64,000 nt of DNA from Leidyana gryllorum EB-2025a. Lineage: Eukaryota > Protista > Apicomplexa. This document shows, piece by piece, positions 20,995 to 33,929 of this stretch. The notes beneath the pieces were generated by a model. It worked only from the letters and a program-made list of their open reading frames with translations. It was not told where the DNA came from and did no database searches. Every line of letters begins with the position of its first letter. Position 1 is the first letter of the stretch. The stretch lies in the NCBI GenBank assembly GCA_048772705.1, contig JBLWGC010000173.1, positions 231,371 through 295,370 of the forward strand. Reading direction: 5' to 3'. The translations under genes were made by a program, and so were the position numbers.

Positions 20995-23027
20995 CTAATT
21001 GTAGTCATCAAGTCGCTGAGCCATTTTCTTATCTGATTGCATTCGTCTTTCTATTCTGGACAGCTTCTTGTTGACCTTGTGGCGGCGGTCGCGGTCCCTT
21101 TTATCTTCGGTGGCCAGTCCAGAGAAGACCTGAATATCCCCTCGCTCTTCCATTGAGAGAGCCAGGGCTAAACTCCCATGCCGACCACCAAACTCCCGCG
21201 CCAGACGCAACAAGAGCTCTAAACGCCAGGAATCCATCTCCAGTGTTTCTCCTATCAGACGTTTGCCCAGCAGACAATCTGTTCCATCTGTGACATCATC
21301 TTTCCGCAAGTTCACAACCAAAGTATCGGGGGGAGCTCCTTGCTGAAAGAGAAGTGGGCAGATAAGCGTTTGAAGCGCACTAGATCTCACCTCTATGGTA
21401 CCACACAGCTCACGAAAGACCTTGAGGACTTCCTTGGAGACATTCTTTACCTGTCGAGCATCCGCTGAGCTGACACGTCCCGCGAACATTTCAGCAGCCT
21501 TTAGTAATGGCGCATCTAATTGTGCAGCATCCAGCAGGTCCTCTTCGTCGCGAGGCACTTCCCACCAGGACTCATAGACAATACCTGCTGATTGGTGAAC
21601 AGAGAGATGAGATGGCTCGCATACCTAGGAATGACGGAAGGCCCATAAGGATCGCTCCAGACTTGGCTTTGAGAACGTCACTTGGCATAGCAGTCAGATA
21701 TGTATTGACAAACTCTGCCAATCCCTCATTCAATAACTCGCCCAGAGTTCTAACAAAGGTCCAAATGTAAGCGAACCGCCCAGATCTGAGAAGAAGAGCG
21801 GCATTAATACCGAGAGGGCCCTGTACTGCCGCTTTGTCTCACCCTGTACGCGAATACAACGCAGATGAGGGTGTATTCATTAATATGGAACAGAGGCCAA
21901 GACAGATTGCGTCCAACGTCATAACCTCTTCAGCCGTCCATGTCAGACTGTTTTCATTATTCGCTGCGATCGACGCTCCACTCCGGTTTGTAACACACAC
22001 TCACCTCTTTGATTGGCAGCAGATCGTTCTCGTTTCCGTAAAAATCGGGCCACTTGCAGACTGAAGTAGTCATTCCAATCGAAAAACACCTCATTTACTC
22101 CTATTACACCCTTCAACTCGTCAGTCAAGGTCTCGTCTACCAATTGTAGCCTGCAGCAGACAAATCGATAAATCACTGGAAGCGGTCAAAAGACACATTG
22201 AGTGATTCACACTACAGACACGGGCCAAGCAGGACAATTGCCCACTCGCTCACAAGACACACATTTAGCCAGACACAGAGACGGAGGCACACACTCAGCA
22301 CACATTTATGAGAAACGTACCTGTTGAGCTCTCCAATTACCAAATACGATAACCAGATTAGATAGGGATGTGACAAGGACTTCTCGTCAGTCGTTGGCTT
22401 GGGTATGATGGCCACACAAGCACTCAATATGGCCTCGTATGCCGATCCGGTGACATTGTTTTGTAACGATTCACAGGGAACGGTATTGAGTAGGAATAGG
22501 AGGCAACGGGCGGCCTTAACAGCCTCTATGTATGCCGAACCAGACTTGGCATTGCGGCCCCTAGCTAGAACTTGCTCCAAAGCAGTTAAACATGATTCAA
22601 TTCTGTTTGACGAGTGGTTGAGGGCAAGAGTTTGGGGATGTGAGTATGCGTACCTCCAGTCCAGCGAGGCGTCCAACATGACCCGACGGTAGAGGTCTTG
22701 CGACAGGAGAGTGTTGTGAAAGCGTGTTAGCGCACTTCCCGTCTGGCGTCGCTTGGCGTCCATTAGTTTATCAACCAGGTCATCCATAACATCGCGTACG
22801 GCTTCTTGAAGGTCATCTGCGGTCTCTTCTAGGGCATCGAGACTATGTGCGAGAGAAAGATCGGCTTCAGAGGGTTGAGGGGGTAAAGTGTCAGTTCTCG
22901 AAGTTTGGCGTACCAAGGCTGGCGAAGAGACTACTCTGCTGAGAGCGAGTCTATCAGGACTCACGGGCCCTTCGCCACGTTTGGATTTGGGGGGAAGACG
23001 TTTCTGGCGCCCAGTCAAGCCAGACAT
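20995..23027 (-). CDS. Interferon-related developmental regulator (IFRD1/2)-like protein, multi-exon
   Basis: The C-terminal KVFRELCGTIE…P…LEMDSW…G and the basic terminal helix resemble IFRD_C. The N-terminal DDLVDKLMDAKRRQ resembles IFRD N. Built from ORFs 22212-23120, 21943-22176 and 20995-21558. Confidence 0.7.
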
Positions 23028-23356
23028 CGGGAAGGAAGCACACAAAAAACCCGAGTACGTGCATGCCCTCCCTTCAAAATGGATCCTATATAAGCTAACC
23101 ATGCTCGCTCCCAGTAGCATTTGACGGGTTGAGTTCCGTTCGTTTCAAAAGGAACACAATTCGTGTGGGGTTGTAGAGAGAAGAGGGATTGCGTCTCACT
23201 CATCAAGTACGAGGAGCCCTATTATTGTTATGGTGTCTTCGGCTTTGATCTTGGTCGTTTGCAGAGTACACCTGTGGTGTGCCAAGTCGACGGTTCATTC
23301 GCCATTCGGGGTCCTCTTCGCGGGCGCGCGTTGGCACTGTTTGAGATTAGCGTGAC

Positions 23357-25378
23357 TCATTGGGACTGAATAGACAGCTTACGGAATAATTCTCGGTACC
23401 GGATGTGTAGCCTCGGAGGATTACCTCCCTGTTCAGCCACCCAAACATCATAGTCCGCGTATATGGTTCTCAGTAATTTCTCAGTCATTTGCCTTGCAAC
23501 TCTATACTTTGACGAATCGCAGCTGCTTATACAGAGGTGCAGAGGGTCTTCGGCCTCTGATGAAAGGGAGACGTCGCTCCACCCAAACATTCGCTACTCA
23601 CCCTGCCGACTCGAACCTTCAAGATATCCCGACCCCTTGCCTCTTAGTCGCAACTTGGCGCCTGTCGCTTGATTTATGCGCTTCATATGCGCACCCTGAT
23701 CAGAAAGCAACAACCATACACACCGTTCACACACACACACTCACACAGCACACACCGTTCACACTCACACATATACACATACACACACATACCCTCGTGC
23801 CAATAATACGCCGTGTGACCTGGAACGTCGCCTCGGGGTCAATTTGGATATCGTAGCGCACAGTCCATTTGCGCACGCGTGCTCGACCATTGTCAGCATC
23901 GGCCGGGTCGTTGGTGCTTGCTGCTAATGAGGCGTCGAACCTCCTATTACTGGGCGGGGTCGCTAGAGCTGCTGTGGGGGCAAAGAGGTCAGTGTCCGAG
24001 GCGACGACGCACTTGCTTACCTGGAGACGCGTCAGCAGTGTCTACCTGACGGAAAGGGTCTCCGAAGGGAGAACCCTGCATGGGAGAAGAGAATGCATCG
24101 GATGTCCACGGTGACCCCCCATATCGTTGCGTCAAAGGGGTGTCGTACGGCGGTGGAGAGAACTGATTGCAGAAGTTCGGGGGAGAGCGAAGAGGGTCTG
24201 TCCAAGCGGGAGTGGGGTCCTCGTCCAGGGGAGGTGAGCTCCGGCAAAGATCCAGCAGGAGGTTTAGGTATTCCTGCTGAGGAGGTGATGTGCTCGGTGG
24301 AATTGGAGTGCAATCAGATGGGACTGCGGCGCTCAGAGCGGGAGATGGCGCGGCTGGCCCACAAGGCACTGTTTGGGGAATCAATATTGCCGACTCAGTG
24401 GCCGCTTCGAATTCCCCTTCTCTTTCAAGCGCCACTGCGCCGTGTGATGCTCGGCGCGGGCGGCGATCGAAAAAGAAGTCTATTAGTTCAGCAGTGCTGG
24501 TAGGCGACGTGGCCGATGGCAGTTTGATCGCCGAAAGGGTACCCTGTGAATGAAACAAACGTTATTCCGATATAATAACAACTCCGACAAAACTTCCGAC
24601 CTCACCTCAATACCCTGAAGCTGGTGCCCATTGAGGAATTGTGCTACCTCTGACCCGGTGCCCCGAGCCACATCTACTATTGCCCGAGAAGGCATCTCCG
24701 GGTCCACATGTACATCGTGGACTGTTGTGTAGCGGCCAAATACCTGAAGAAATATTGAATATATCAACTTGAGACATCATCAGGGTCAGATCAGCTTGGC
24801 CGAATTGGGGGGTGTATATGACATATGGCAGATGATTTAGACAATTTGGGACAGCAGAGACACCGCCCTGGGAAGAGAGCGTGTGTGTGTGTGACGTGAG
24901 TGAGGGCGTGCATGAAGTGCAGTGACTCCGTGAGAGCCGTAGACAGGTAGATAGAGTGCGTAGTGGTGTCGTCCGTGAAGGAACGGCTTGTGTATGAAAG
25001 GCAGCATACGCTTTTGGGGTGTGTCCAAGTCGAAGGTGGCTCGCTCTCTGGGCCGTGTCAGCCAGCACTCGGCGCGTCTCGCTCCATTGGGGGTAGTGTG
25101 AGGTGGGACAGACAACTTACATTAGCGACGTCCTCAGCGTCGAGTTGGTAATCAATGGTGGCCCCAGAGATACGAACCTCGATGGAGTCTGGAAGCGGGG
25201 CGGCCTCTGATTGGGTGGGTTCGAGGGCAGAGGGTCTAGGGAAGCGGAATGTGGAGCCATTACTAGCGGCGCCCGAATCGGTGGGTGTGGTGGCGTTGTA
25301 CTTGTCCTCGAGTAGTTGGCTGACAGGGGAACCTGCCACCACGAAGGGGGAAGCAACGCGAGGTGGGCCGATGGACAT
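23357..25378 (-). CDS. RNA-binding protein with a putative RRM and an SF1/KHDC4-type KH domain, multi-exon
   Basis: Spliced translation FQVTRRIIG…GAHMKRINQATGAKLRLRGKGSGYLEG…EAEDPLHLCIS. An RRM-like segment (VFGRYTTVHDVHV…FLNGHQL) lies upstream. Confidence 0.8.
23716..23790. repeat. Imperfect (CA)n microsatellite inside an intron
   Basis: cacacaca/tacaca runs. Similar intronic CA/GT runs occur at about 24880-24893, 37090-37125 and 51820-51848. Confidence 0.8.
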
Positions 25379-25406
25379 GGAGGCTAAAAGCTGTTAAAAA
25401 AGGTCA

Positions 25407-28400
25407 ATGGAGAGTTGGCTGTCCATCTATGAGTTGCCGTGTGATCGGCAGCCAAGGTATCTCTGGCAGCCGCAGATAACCCCAGACTACCCTAGTTACC
25501 TAGACGAGAACATGGAGAGTGAGGATGGTTCCTCGCCTCCTGTAGATCGCACGCGCCAGAAGACTCTGTTGTTCGACGTGCGGGATGCAGCCGGCATGAA
25601 GCGCTTCGTCGCCGTGTCAGTGGGTCAATCCCCAGTGACTGAGAAAGTACCTCAACCTAATGATGGTCCTGTGTTGCCACCAATGTACACCGTGTGGATC
25701 AAGATAAGCACTGACTTTGCAGCCGGCACCAAGGATTTGGTTTATCTGCACTGGGGAACTTCAGAACAGCACAGTGGCGAAGACGATGACGACGAGTGGC
25801 ACCTCCCAATGGGCCTCCCTGAGCTCCCCGCGGACTCCACCTTATGGAATAACGCAGCTGTCAGGACGCCATTGAGGCCCATCCCGCCACAAAACACCGC
25901 TCGAACCGTCACCATACGCCTCGGCCAAGCAGCTCAATGCCCATCTGCCCTTCATTTCGTCTTGTACTCTCCATCGGACAAGTTTTGGGGAAAACCAGGT
26001 TGCGGAGGGAACTTCTCGGTGCGCATCAAAGCCATCGTCGCTGAGCTTCAATTGGCTTCAATCCGCGAGAAACTTCTGACTGGCCTCAACTCCGCCCCCA
26101 ATGCTCATGACGTCGCCCTCTCATGTCAGAACGTACCTGACATCCACCATATCTTTGAAATACCTTCGCGAACTGCGGATCTCGATGTCGCAATATGGAC
26201 CTCTGACGAGGCGGTTGTCATTGAAATAATCACCAGTCTCCGTGAAGATGTTGTCCTGCACTGGGGATTTCTATCAGCCAGAGACGTCAATGCGACTCAA
26301 ACAGGTTGTCAAGGGGTCTGGGAAGCTCCAGATCCTCGTTTACGCCCACCTGACAACCTCGAATGCCCTGATACACCCGGTGCAGTAGACTCGCTATTCC
26401 ATCGTGGCATCCTCGCGCCCGATTGTTCCCTCATACAGTCTGTACGACTGGTCTTCCCATATGATGTGATCGTAGAACCATGCATACAACAAGCGTTGAA
26501 TGGGTGCTCATCTCATCATGCAGATGAATGGTCCTGGGCCGAAACTCAGGTGGGAGCCCAATCTTAAACTCTGACGACAATCTGCCCTCCCAGACCAATC
26601 CCCCAGACGCACCCCAATGGTACCTACCGGTTCTCTGTGACTCTAAGATTGACGACTTTGCTGGTGGCGCCTTTTCGCAAAGGCTCGCTTTTGTTCTCCG
26701 CACCCGTGACCCGGTAACTACCCTTCCGTACAATGCGCCGAACCAGTCACCACTGACTATCCTATCATCATCCCATATGTCAGCTAGACACGCACCGCTA
26801 ACCCACTTTCCGCTGGAAGCTGATCAGAAACGCTGCTCTTCTGGCCGCAGAATTTGGAATGGATTCGAAATGAATGTCAGCCCGAAGGCGACACTTGTCG
26901 TGTTGAACTCTGCCCTCTTAGCCCAGGTCCGACTGCGGGTGTCGACAATGTAAGCTACGGATCACTGACTGACAAATCCTATCGCCTCCACTATCCCTCA
27001 CAGGTGGATCGCCAACCTCAAGCATTGGGTAAAGTGATTCGTCACTGCCGCAGTCCGCAACGAGATGGGGGAACCGACTATGAGATTTCCATCCCATTTA
27101 GTGAAGCGTTCAAAGCCCGTTTATTCAGCGCATTGCAACGAGCTTCTGAGGAGAATGACTTGGTAACCTACGCTTCCTTGTGCCTCCACTACAGCCCCGT
27201 GGCTCTTCTCTGGTGGTGCTGCTTTGCTTCATGTTACGCCTGGCCGACCGGCTGCGCGCTGTAGGCTGCTCTGTATTCTCATTATCGGTCTGCCGGACGG
27301 ATTGCGTGTGTGCTCTACTTGGTGTGTCTCCGCCCCCACACAGCACCTGACCAGCGTAAACGAGATACCTTTTGTCGTCTGGCCCGCAGATCGAGCGGAT
27401 TCAACACGCAAGTTATTCGCTGGAGTACTTGCCCACGAACGAGCGACAAAGGCCTCCGCCCACTGTTGTACGGCCCACACTTTCTGTTTCCACGGGATCT
27501 GCCCGGGCAAAGCGCCAATCTCCTGAGCCCGACATCGCTCGGTCACAAATTGGAGCCCCTCCGTTGAATTCATCCAGTATCATTGTCTTACTCACACCAC
27601 CCCCCGTTCCCGGTACCGTCGTCTTCTTTAGTACATTTGCTCTGGATGATCCGGGAGGGCCCGGTGTTGTTCACGTCCTCGCCGTTGAAGAAACAAGCCC
27701 CATGGAGGCAACAAGCAAGAGTGGACACCACCGGAACAAGACTTTACAAGTCATGATCAAAATTCATATACTGGTCAGCATCAATGTCCCGTGTGTCGTG
27801 CATTGGGGGCTCCTTTGCGATCGAAAAGGATCTCAATGGATTAGACCTGATCCTTCTCTGTGGTGAGTGACGCGCTGTCCGGATAGAGCGTCACTGACTC
27901 TGTGTATTCAGGCCCGAGGGGACCGAACCGTTCGATATGCATTCGGTGGATTCCCCGATGAAGATCGACCCCCGGACTCGAATGTGTCGATTGGAACTGC
28001 GTTTGCCACAAAAGGTGTTGGTACTGCAGAATGGAGGTGATCGGGCGAATGCGCCGGGTCAAGGATTGACAGCATCTGGGGTGGTGTTTGTATTGAGGGA
28101 TATCATGACGGACCGGTGGATCAAACAAGCGTCAGGAAATGATCTTTTCGTTCGTATTAGGAAGTGAGTATGGCTCTTCTTGGACTCAACGGTTACATTG
28201 TTGTTCGCAGGGAGAAGTATCCCGACTTCCTAGCCCGGCAGTGGAAGGGCGCTCATACCAGCCTGGTGGTCCGTTTGCTCCAAAGCGAGCTGCGAGTGGA
28301 CCCATTGTGGCCCATTGCCGCGAACCAAAGTTATATATCACTCAGCCAGTTGGTTACAGCTGTCAACTACGACAGATTGGATATCGATTACTGGGCCTGG

Positions 28401-31400
28401 GTTTTCGTGTGGTGGCGTTTCTCGCACTTACGGATCTTTGATTGGCACAGACATGCCCACTCTCGTCCTTGGGAGGTGGCCGATATCTCCAGGCAAATTG
28501 GTGAAGCAATCGTCTCTCACTGGCGCAGTACTTCAAGGAGTCGACCAATCATCCGTCTCCTCCTACAACATGTTTTATGTATCCGCGAGGATCATGATGT
28601 GCGGAAAGATTTGCATAGTATATTGTCAAAGTGAGTCTCGGGTCCGCTAAGATGGAGTGTACAATCTTTGCTCTTCCACGCAGATCTCATCTCATGGGAC
28701 TTCCATTTTTCGAGCAATGGTATCGCAAGTTGCATAATGCGGTTGGAATAGAGGACTTTGTTATATGCCGAGGCGTTATAGCCATGCTGGTGAACCTGAG
28801 AGCGTCTTCGTTCTGGGAATGCCTAAGTTTTTACGGATCGGACTTTGTTGCACGAGACTTGGGATTCTCGGCATCCCCTGTGGTCCCACCGGCCTTCTCG
28901 TTTCTCCAAAGCCAATTGTGCCACATTGCACAACTCAAGCTACAGGAGGACCTGACACCCAGTGCGCTCCACAAGGCGAATCCTGGTCATCCCTCAACGA
29001 GTTTCATAGCCCGTCATATCGATCAACAGACTGCTCGGTTGAGAACACTGGTCGATGCTCTCGAGTCATTCAGCACCACCCTTCAATCCCTATTCTTCGG
29101 GGTTCACATTGACACCGCTGAACTATATGCGAGAGAGTCCCTCCCAGAGGAACTTCGATCGCTCATCGCTCAACTCAGAGAAATACAACTCGATCTACGA
29201 CCACCATGCCCAAGCTTACTCTCTGTTCCTCGAATTGATGGAGCCGTCCAATCTGAGAACAAAATAGATCACTATAATAAAATGTTTGAACTTGCAAGCC
29301 GAGCACGAGATCTATGCTCGCCTATAATATCACAATGTACAGACAATCGTATCGTTCGGGACTTCATGGTCGTTGATATTGCACTGGACAATCTTCAACA
29401 AAAGTGCCTCGCTCACGTCTTCGGCTTCACGGGACCACCTCTGAGCACCTACTTGAAACCAAGTACTTCACCTGATCCAGCCAATGTCGAATGCTCATAC
29501 TGTCACAGCGAACATATTCCTTATTCCCATCCACAAGCGCTCCTGCTTCCCTGGATGACAGTGTGTGGCGCTCCAGCTCGCTGGGTCCCGGCCATTCCTT
29601 GTAGATATTACCGATATGGTTGTATTGTGCGACTGGCATATGTCTGTGCCAATCTACTCACCGGTCTCAAAATGCTACATCCCAGTGTTGATGAAGCCAA
29701 CGCACTCATCAACGACTGGCGAGTTCTGGTCGCTCAAGCGGCACACAGTCTCTCAGCTCCAGTACGAGGTGCTTCCACCACTCACTTTGTTGATTACGAA
29801 CAAGTTGTAAGGGATAAGTTGCAGCTTCGTCTTCATTGCATCCATCACCACGCAGGTACTCATCGAAGCCCTAGCCAAAGACGAAGACGGCTCAAAGTTC
29901 ATGCACTTCATCGCCAGCTTTGTAAGCCGAGTAGAAAGGTGAGCTGCATCCGACGTGGAGACGTGAACAATATATGAATCATGATACTCCTGTTCTATCT
30001 TGTGCTGCATGACCTCTGAATGACTCAATGGGTATGAGGAGACACGCGTCTCCGCACACACGTGTTTTCAAGTATCACACCCAAGGAGTCATTCTGTGAA
30101 AAGAGGAATTCTGGACGTGATGAGCCATTCGGCTTTTCTATGTGCCCTCAACAATGATATGGCTTGTCCTTCTCGATCGATATCATCACTGTAATTTGCA
30201 GGTGCGCCAGCCGCATTATCGATCTCTGCCTGGTGTATTTCTCCGATAAAGTCAAGTTTCTGTTCACCTGCTTGAGCGATCTAGATGTCTACACACAAAG
30301 CTGCAGTGGCGAGAAGCTAGAGAGCGCCTCTTCCCCTCCTGCCCCTCCGCGCGCCTTCACCGGCGACGACCCTCTCCTCTCTGTGATGGGAGGAGGGGTG
30401 AATCCTATTAGTCCTGCGCAATCGGTACCCCATCATCTGTTTCACGGCAACCTGATAGCCACCAGTACGGGCGAAGCTGCAAGCAACTCTGGATTAGTTG
30501 GTATGCTGGGACGAGTCTCGTCCAATGGATACCTGAGTGCGGCAGCGAACCAAGAAGATTATTCCAGTGGTTCTGGACGATCGGAGCGGCTTTTACGTGA
30601 CGTGCACAGTTTTGTCATTGGAGTGGTCAAACACAGCGCTCTGTTTTGGATCGTCCTGACACTGTCACGCATCCAACCGCTGCTCCGATGTTTTACATTC
30701 GTCCCACCCTGGCGCCTTCTTAGTTCGGTGCACTACGCTGTCGGTTCTTTGGTTGTCGTGGACACCTTCAATGACCTCCTGCAAGCCGCCGCAAGTGGAG
30801 GGCTATTTGCGGGAGCTTTAGACGGTCCAAATCCACCTCAGATAACGTCGTTCGCGCGTCCTGTGATCTTGGTGGTTCGGCATGTGATTGGATGGGAGCG
30901 TCTCCCTTTCAACACTGCAGCCCTGGTAATGGGCCCAACAGTAGTCCCCAGAGGAGCGGATAACGACAGTGAAGCACTATTCTCAGCGCCTCACCTACTC
31001 TCACCCCTCTCAATTCAGGCGCGCCAAATGTCCATTTTATGTGCAGTTGCAATGGATCCCAACGATTTCGAGAATCTCATAAGCTCAATTCGAAGCCAAG
31101 AGATGCAGATCGGGGAATCAACCGAGGTGTTTATTCCCGAGCACCAATGCGAAGTGAACATTCGATCAATCAAAGTGGATGTTGCAACAGCCAGTGGTAC
31201 CTCCACGGGGAACAACACCTCCTCTACCGACAAGCCCCCGTCCACTAATCCATTTGATGACACACTGACTCGTCCTACTTCGTGTGCAACAACATCAAGT
31301 CCAATAGGGAATGTTGTTTCGGTTGATAGCTCGACTACGGCGGGAGCAGGGGGGGGTGGCTCGCCGACTAATGCGTGTAAAGGAGAGAGCGATGCTGTGT

Positions 31401-33179
31401 TGGCCAAGTCGGTCTTAGCCCGCTTACGGGAGCCAGCTAAAGTCTACGAGGGACTTCCACTCCAAACAGGGCCAATGTTGCCGTCGCTCCGTCACTATTG
31501 TGCACAGCCCTTACCAGCGTTGCTGGCGACCAACGATGGGGACGGAGACGACGTTTGGGGTCAATGGTCGGCCAACAGCCGCTTCTTCCAGAGCATCCCA
31601 GTGATATCGCCAACTCTATTCGACAAACTATACATCACTGGTCGATGGTTCCTCACACCGAAAGAATTCACCCCGCTGCTTGTTGGCAGTCGGTCTCTTG
31701 GCTTCCAGGCTCTTTGCAGTAAGCACTCACCACTGACCGCTGATCACTGAGTATTGCGTTCAGCGGCGCTCGGCAGCTCAGAAGCGGCGAATGCTATCAC
31801 GGCCCCCACCCTGGCAGTACCATTTGGGGCATTCGAGACTACGCTTCGCGATCCTGAGAATCATGCGGTAAGAGCTATCATTCGTGTGTTCTTTTTCGCC
31901 GCCTATGCCCTCCCAATGGAGAAGTTACTGATTGATTATCACTCGTATGGTGACTGCAGTTGTCGGAGAAACTGTACTCTTTACTGGGAGATCTTCACAA
32001 GTTGACGAGATGGATGAAGCGAAGCCACTCGCGCCAGATGTGGGGTTCGGGTTTAGCGCGGGAAGAGTCTAACGCTTCGTTGGGTTCGATGGGGCCAGCC
32101 CCATCAACAGCCAGTTCAGGTTCAGATCTGACGGGTCTGTTGCAGCAGAACGATTTTGACTGTGGGATGCCACAGGAAATTCGGCATGGCGAGCGGTTGT
32201 TACGAGAATGTCGAGCTGTTCTGAGGGGGTTGAAGCCGCCGCGTGATTTTCAATTGGCCCTTTCAGATTTGTTAGAAGGAAGGGCTGGTCCGGATTGGGA
32301 CCGCGATAACTTGGCCCGACTGATATCGCAAAGGCCAGAGAGGCTGTGGCCTACGATAAAGACGGTGAGTGGTTGGGAGGCTTTGCGGAGAGCAGTGTGC
32401 TCATAATCTGGAGGGAGTGAGTTGCTGGCGAAAATGTGGCGCTCGGTCAGGTATGGTGTTCACACTTTACTCCGGCTGTGTGGCACGCAGCCCAGATTCT
32501 GGGGACTCCATGTGATGCACCTCGGTTCAGTATATTGCTACAACGGTTGGAGCCAGTGTCGTACAGCTTCAAACTGGAGAAGTTTGTAAATAATGCTTTC
32601 ATGAAGGAAGAATTGCACCACCGAATGGGACTAGCTAGGAGTGATATTGATGTTTACGGTGAAGTGACCTCCGGCTTGCCGCTGAATGCGGGCGAGTTGT
32701 TTAGTGGAGGACACCTCCTCAGCGGACGACCATTGACATTTGCTGCCACAAGAGGATCCTCGAACCCGAAAGTCTTATGTTACTCATCTCAGCCCTATAT
32801 TCTAAAGCTGCGGAAGCCTGGGGTGGTCCTTCGACCCGACTGCAATATAATCGGCCTAGGGTCATTTATGCCTTCAAGCGGCCTAGTTTGTACCAGTGTC
32901 GAGTCCTTAGCCCGGTCGCGATTCGAGTGCCAGAAAGAGCCGTTGTACACGGACGTCACATGGCAACTCCCTTGCTTATCCAAGCTATGTAGCGTTATGA
33001 GGTACCTAGCGAATCGAGTCGAATGGCCTGCCTTCGGTTTGGAAGGGGGCATCATGGCTGGCCGAACATCTGAGAGTAGTTTGGACCCTCCGCCGTGCTT
33101 CCTTCTACCAGCACCCGACGGAGGAGTCCATCGTCAACTGAGACCGCTCCGTATCGTGATCACAGGCGCTCGAGTTTGA
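25407..33179 (+). CDS. Alpha-glucan water dikinase (GWD/R1)-like protein, probably catalytically degenerate, multi-exon
   Basis: Three (L/V)HWG CBM45-like motifs. VWWRFSHLRIFDW…RPWEV and EQWYRKLHN…EDFVIC match the GWD core. EFTPLLVGSRS, AVPFGAFE, WPTIKT|VWCS, LLQ, VYGEV and GRPLTF are collinear with the GWD nucleotide-binding domain. Confidence 0.85.
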
Positions 33180-33269
33180 CGGAACGAGACACAACATTTG
33201 ACCGAGCTGTTTATTTTGCTTTTCTGGCTTTTTTACCGGCAGTCTCTTTGTCCGAGGTGCGTCAACAGC

Positions 33270-33495
33270 ATGGGTAAGTCACAGTCAACAATTCTATCAA
33301 ACACTCCCAACAGGTAAAGTCCACGGTTCCCTGGCTCGTGCCGGTAAAGTCAAGGCCCAGACCCCTAAGGTGGCCAAACAAGAGAAGCGCAAGCCCCTCA
33401 CCGGTCGTGCCAAGAAGCGCAGCCAATACAACCGCAGATTCACCAACCTTGTGCGACGAGCCGGCCCCAAGAAGGGACCTAACTCCCAGTCCTAA
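33270..33495 (+). CDS. RPS30: 40S ribosomal protein S30 (eS30), 2 exons, absent from the ORF track
   Basis: ATG G at 33270-33273 plus intron 33274-33313 gives [44 protein letters not shown]…KKGPNSQS*. No ubiquitin-like fusion. Confidence 0.97.
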
Positions 33496-33929
33496 ACAGA
33501 GAGCGCTGCATGCCCTTCTCTATTCGTGATCGGTCTATGGTGCCCTAACCGCAACAGATTCCACACAACCCACGGCCCACGCCGATTGTGAAAAAAAGTA
33601 TCTCGCCGCGCCCACCATCTCCGTGGTGGTGTGTCCTCCTCCATTCGCCTACCAGTATCACTCTTGAGTCCCCTCCCACCAGTATCACTGTTGAGTCCCC
33701 CTCCCGACCTCCGAGCTGCTCCTGGTAAACCCATCCAACCTGTCGATCAATCTTCTCTATCTGTACCAACTCGCCCTTTGCCTGATGTCTCCGAGTGTTC
33801 GGCCGCACACACACCTCGCAATCCCCTTTATCCACTCGCGGTGGAGGTGGCGACTCTGTACCAATGTAGTTGTGCCAATTAGAACAAAAGCCATGTGTGG
33901 GGGCGCACTTTGTACACTCCAAATTTCGT

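Noticed and set aside
23028-23356. Possible ncRNA in an unusually long (about 330 bp) spacer
   Set aside because: No convincing snoRNA boxes, Sm site or stem pattern by eye. An Infernal/Rfam scan would be needed.
25407-33179. Pseudogene or alternative genetic code to explain fragmented ORFs
   Set aside because: The breaks I checked coincide with GT-AG introns, and TAA, TAG and TGA all serve as true stops in conserved genes (RPS30, guaA, guaB).
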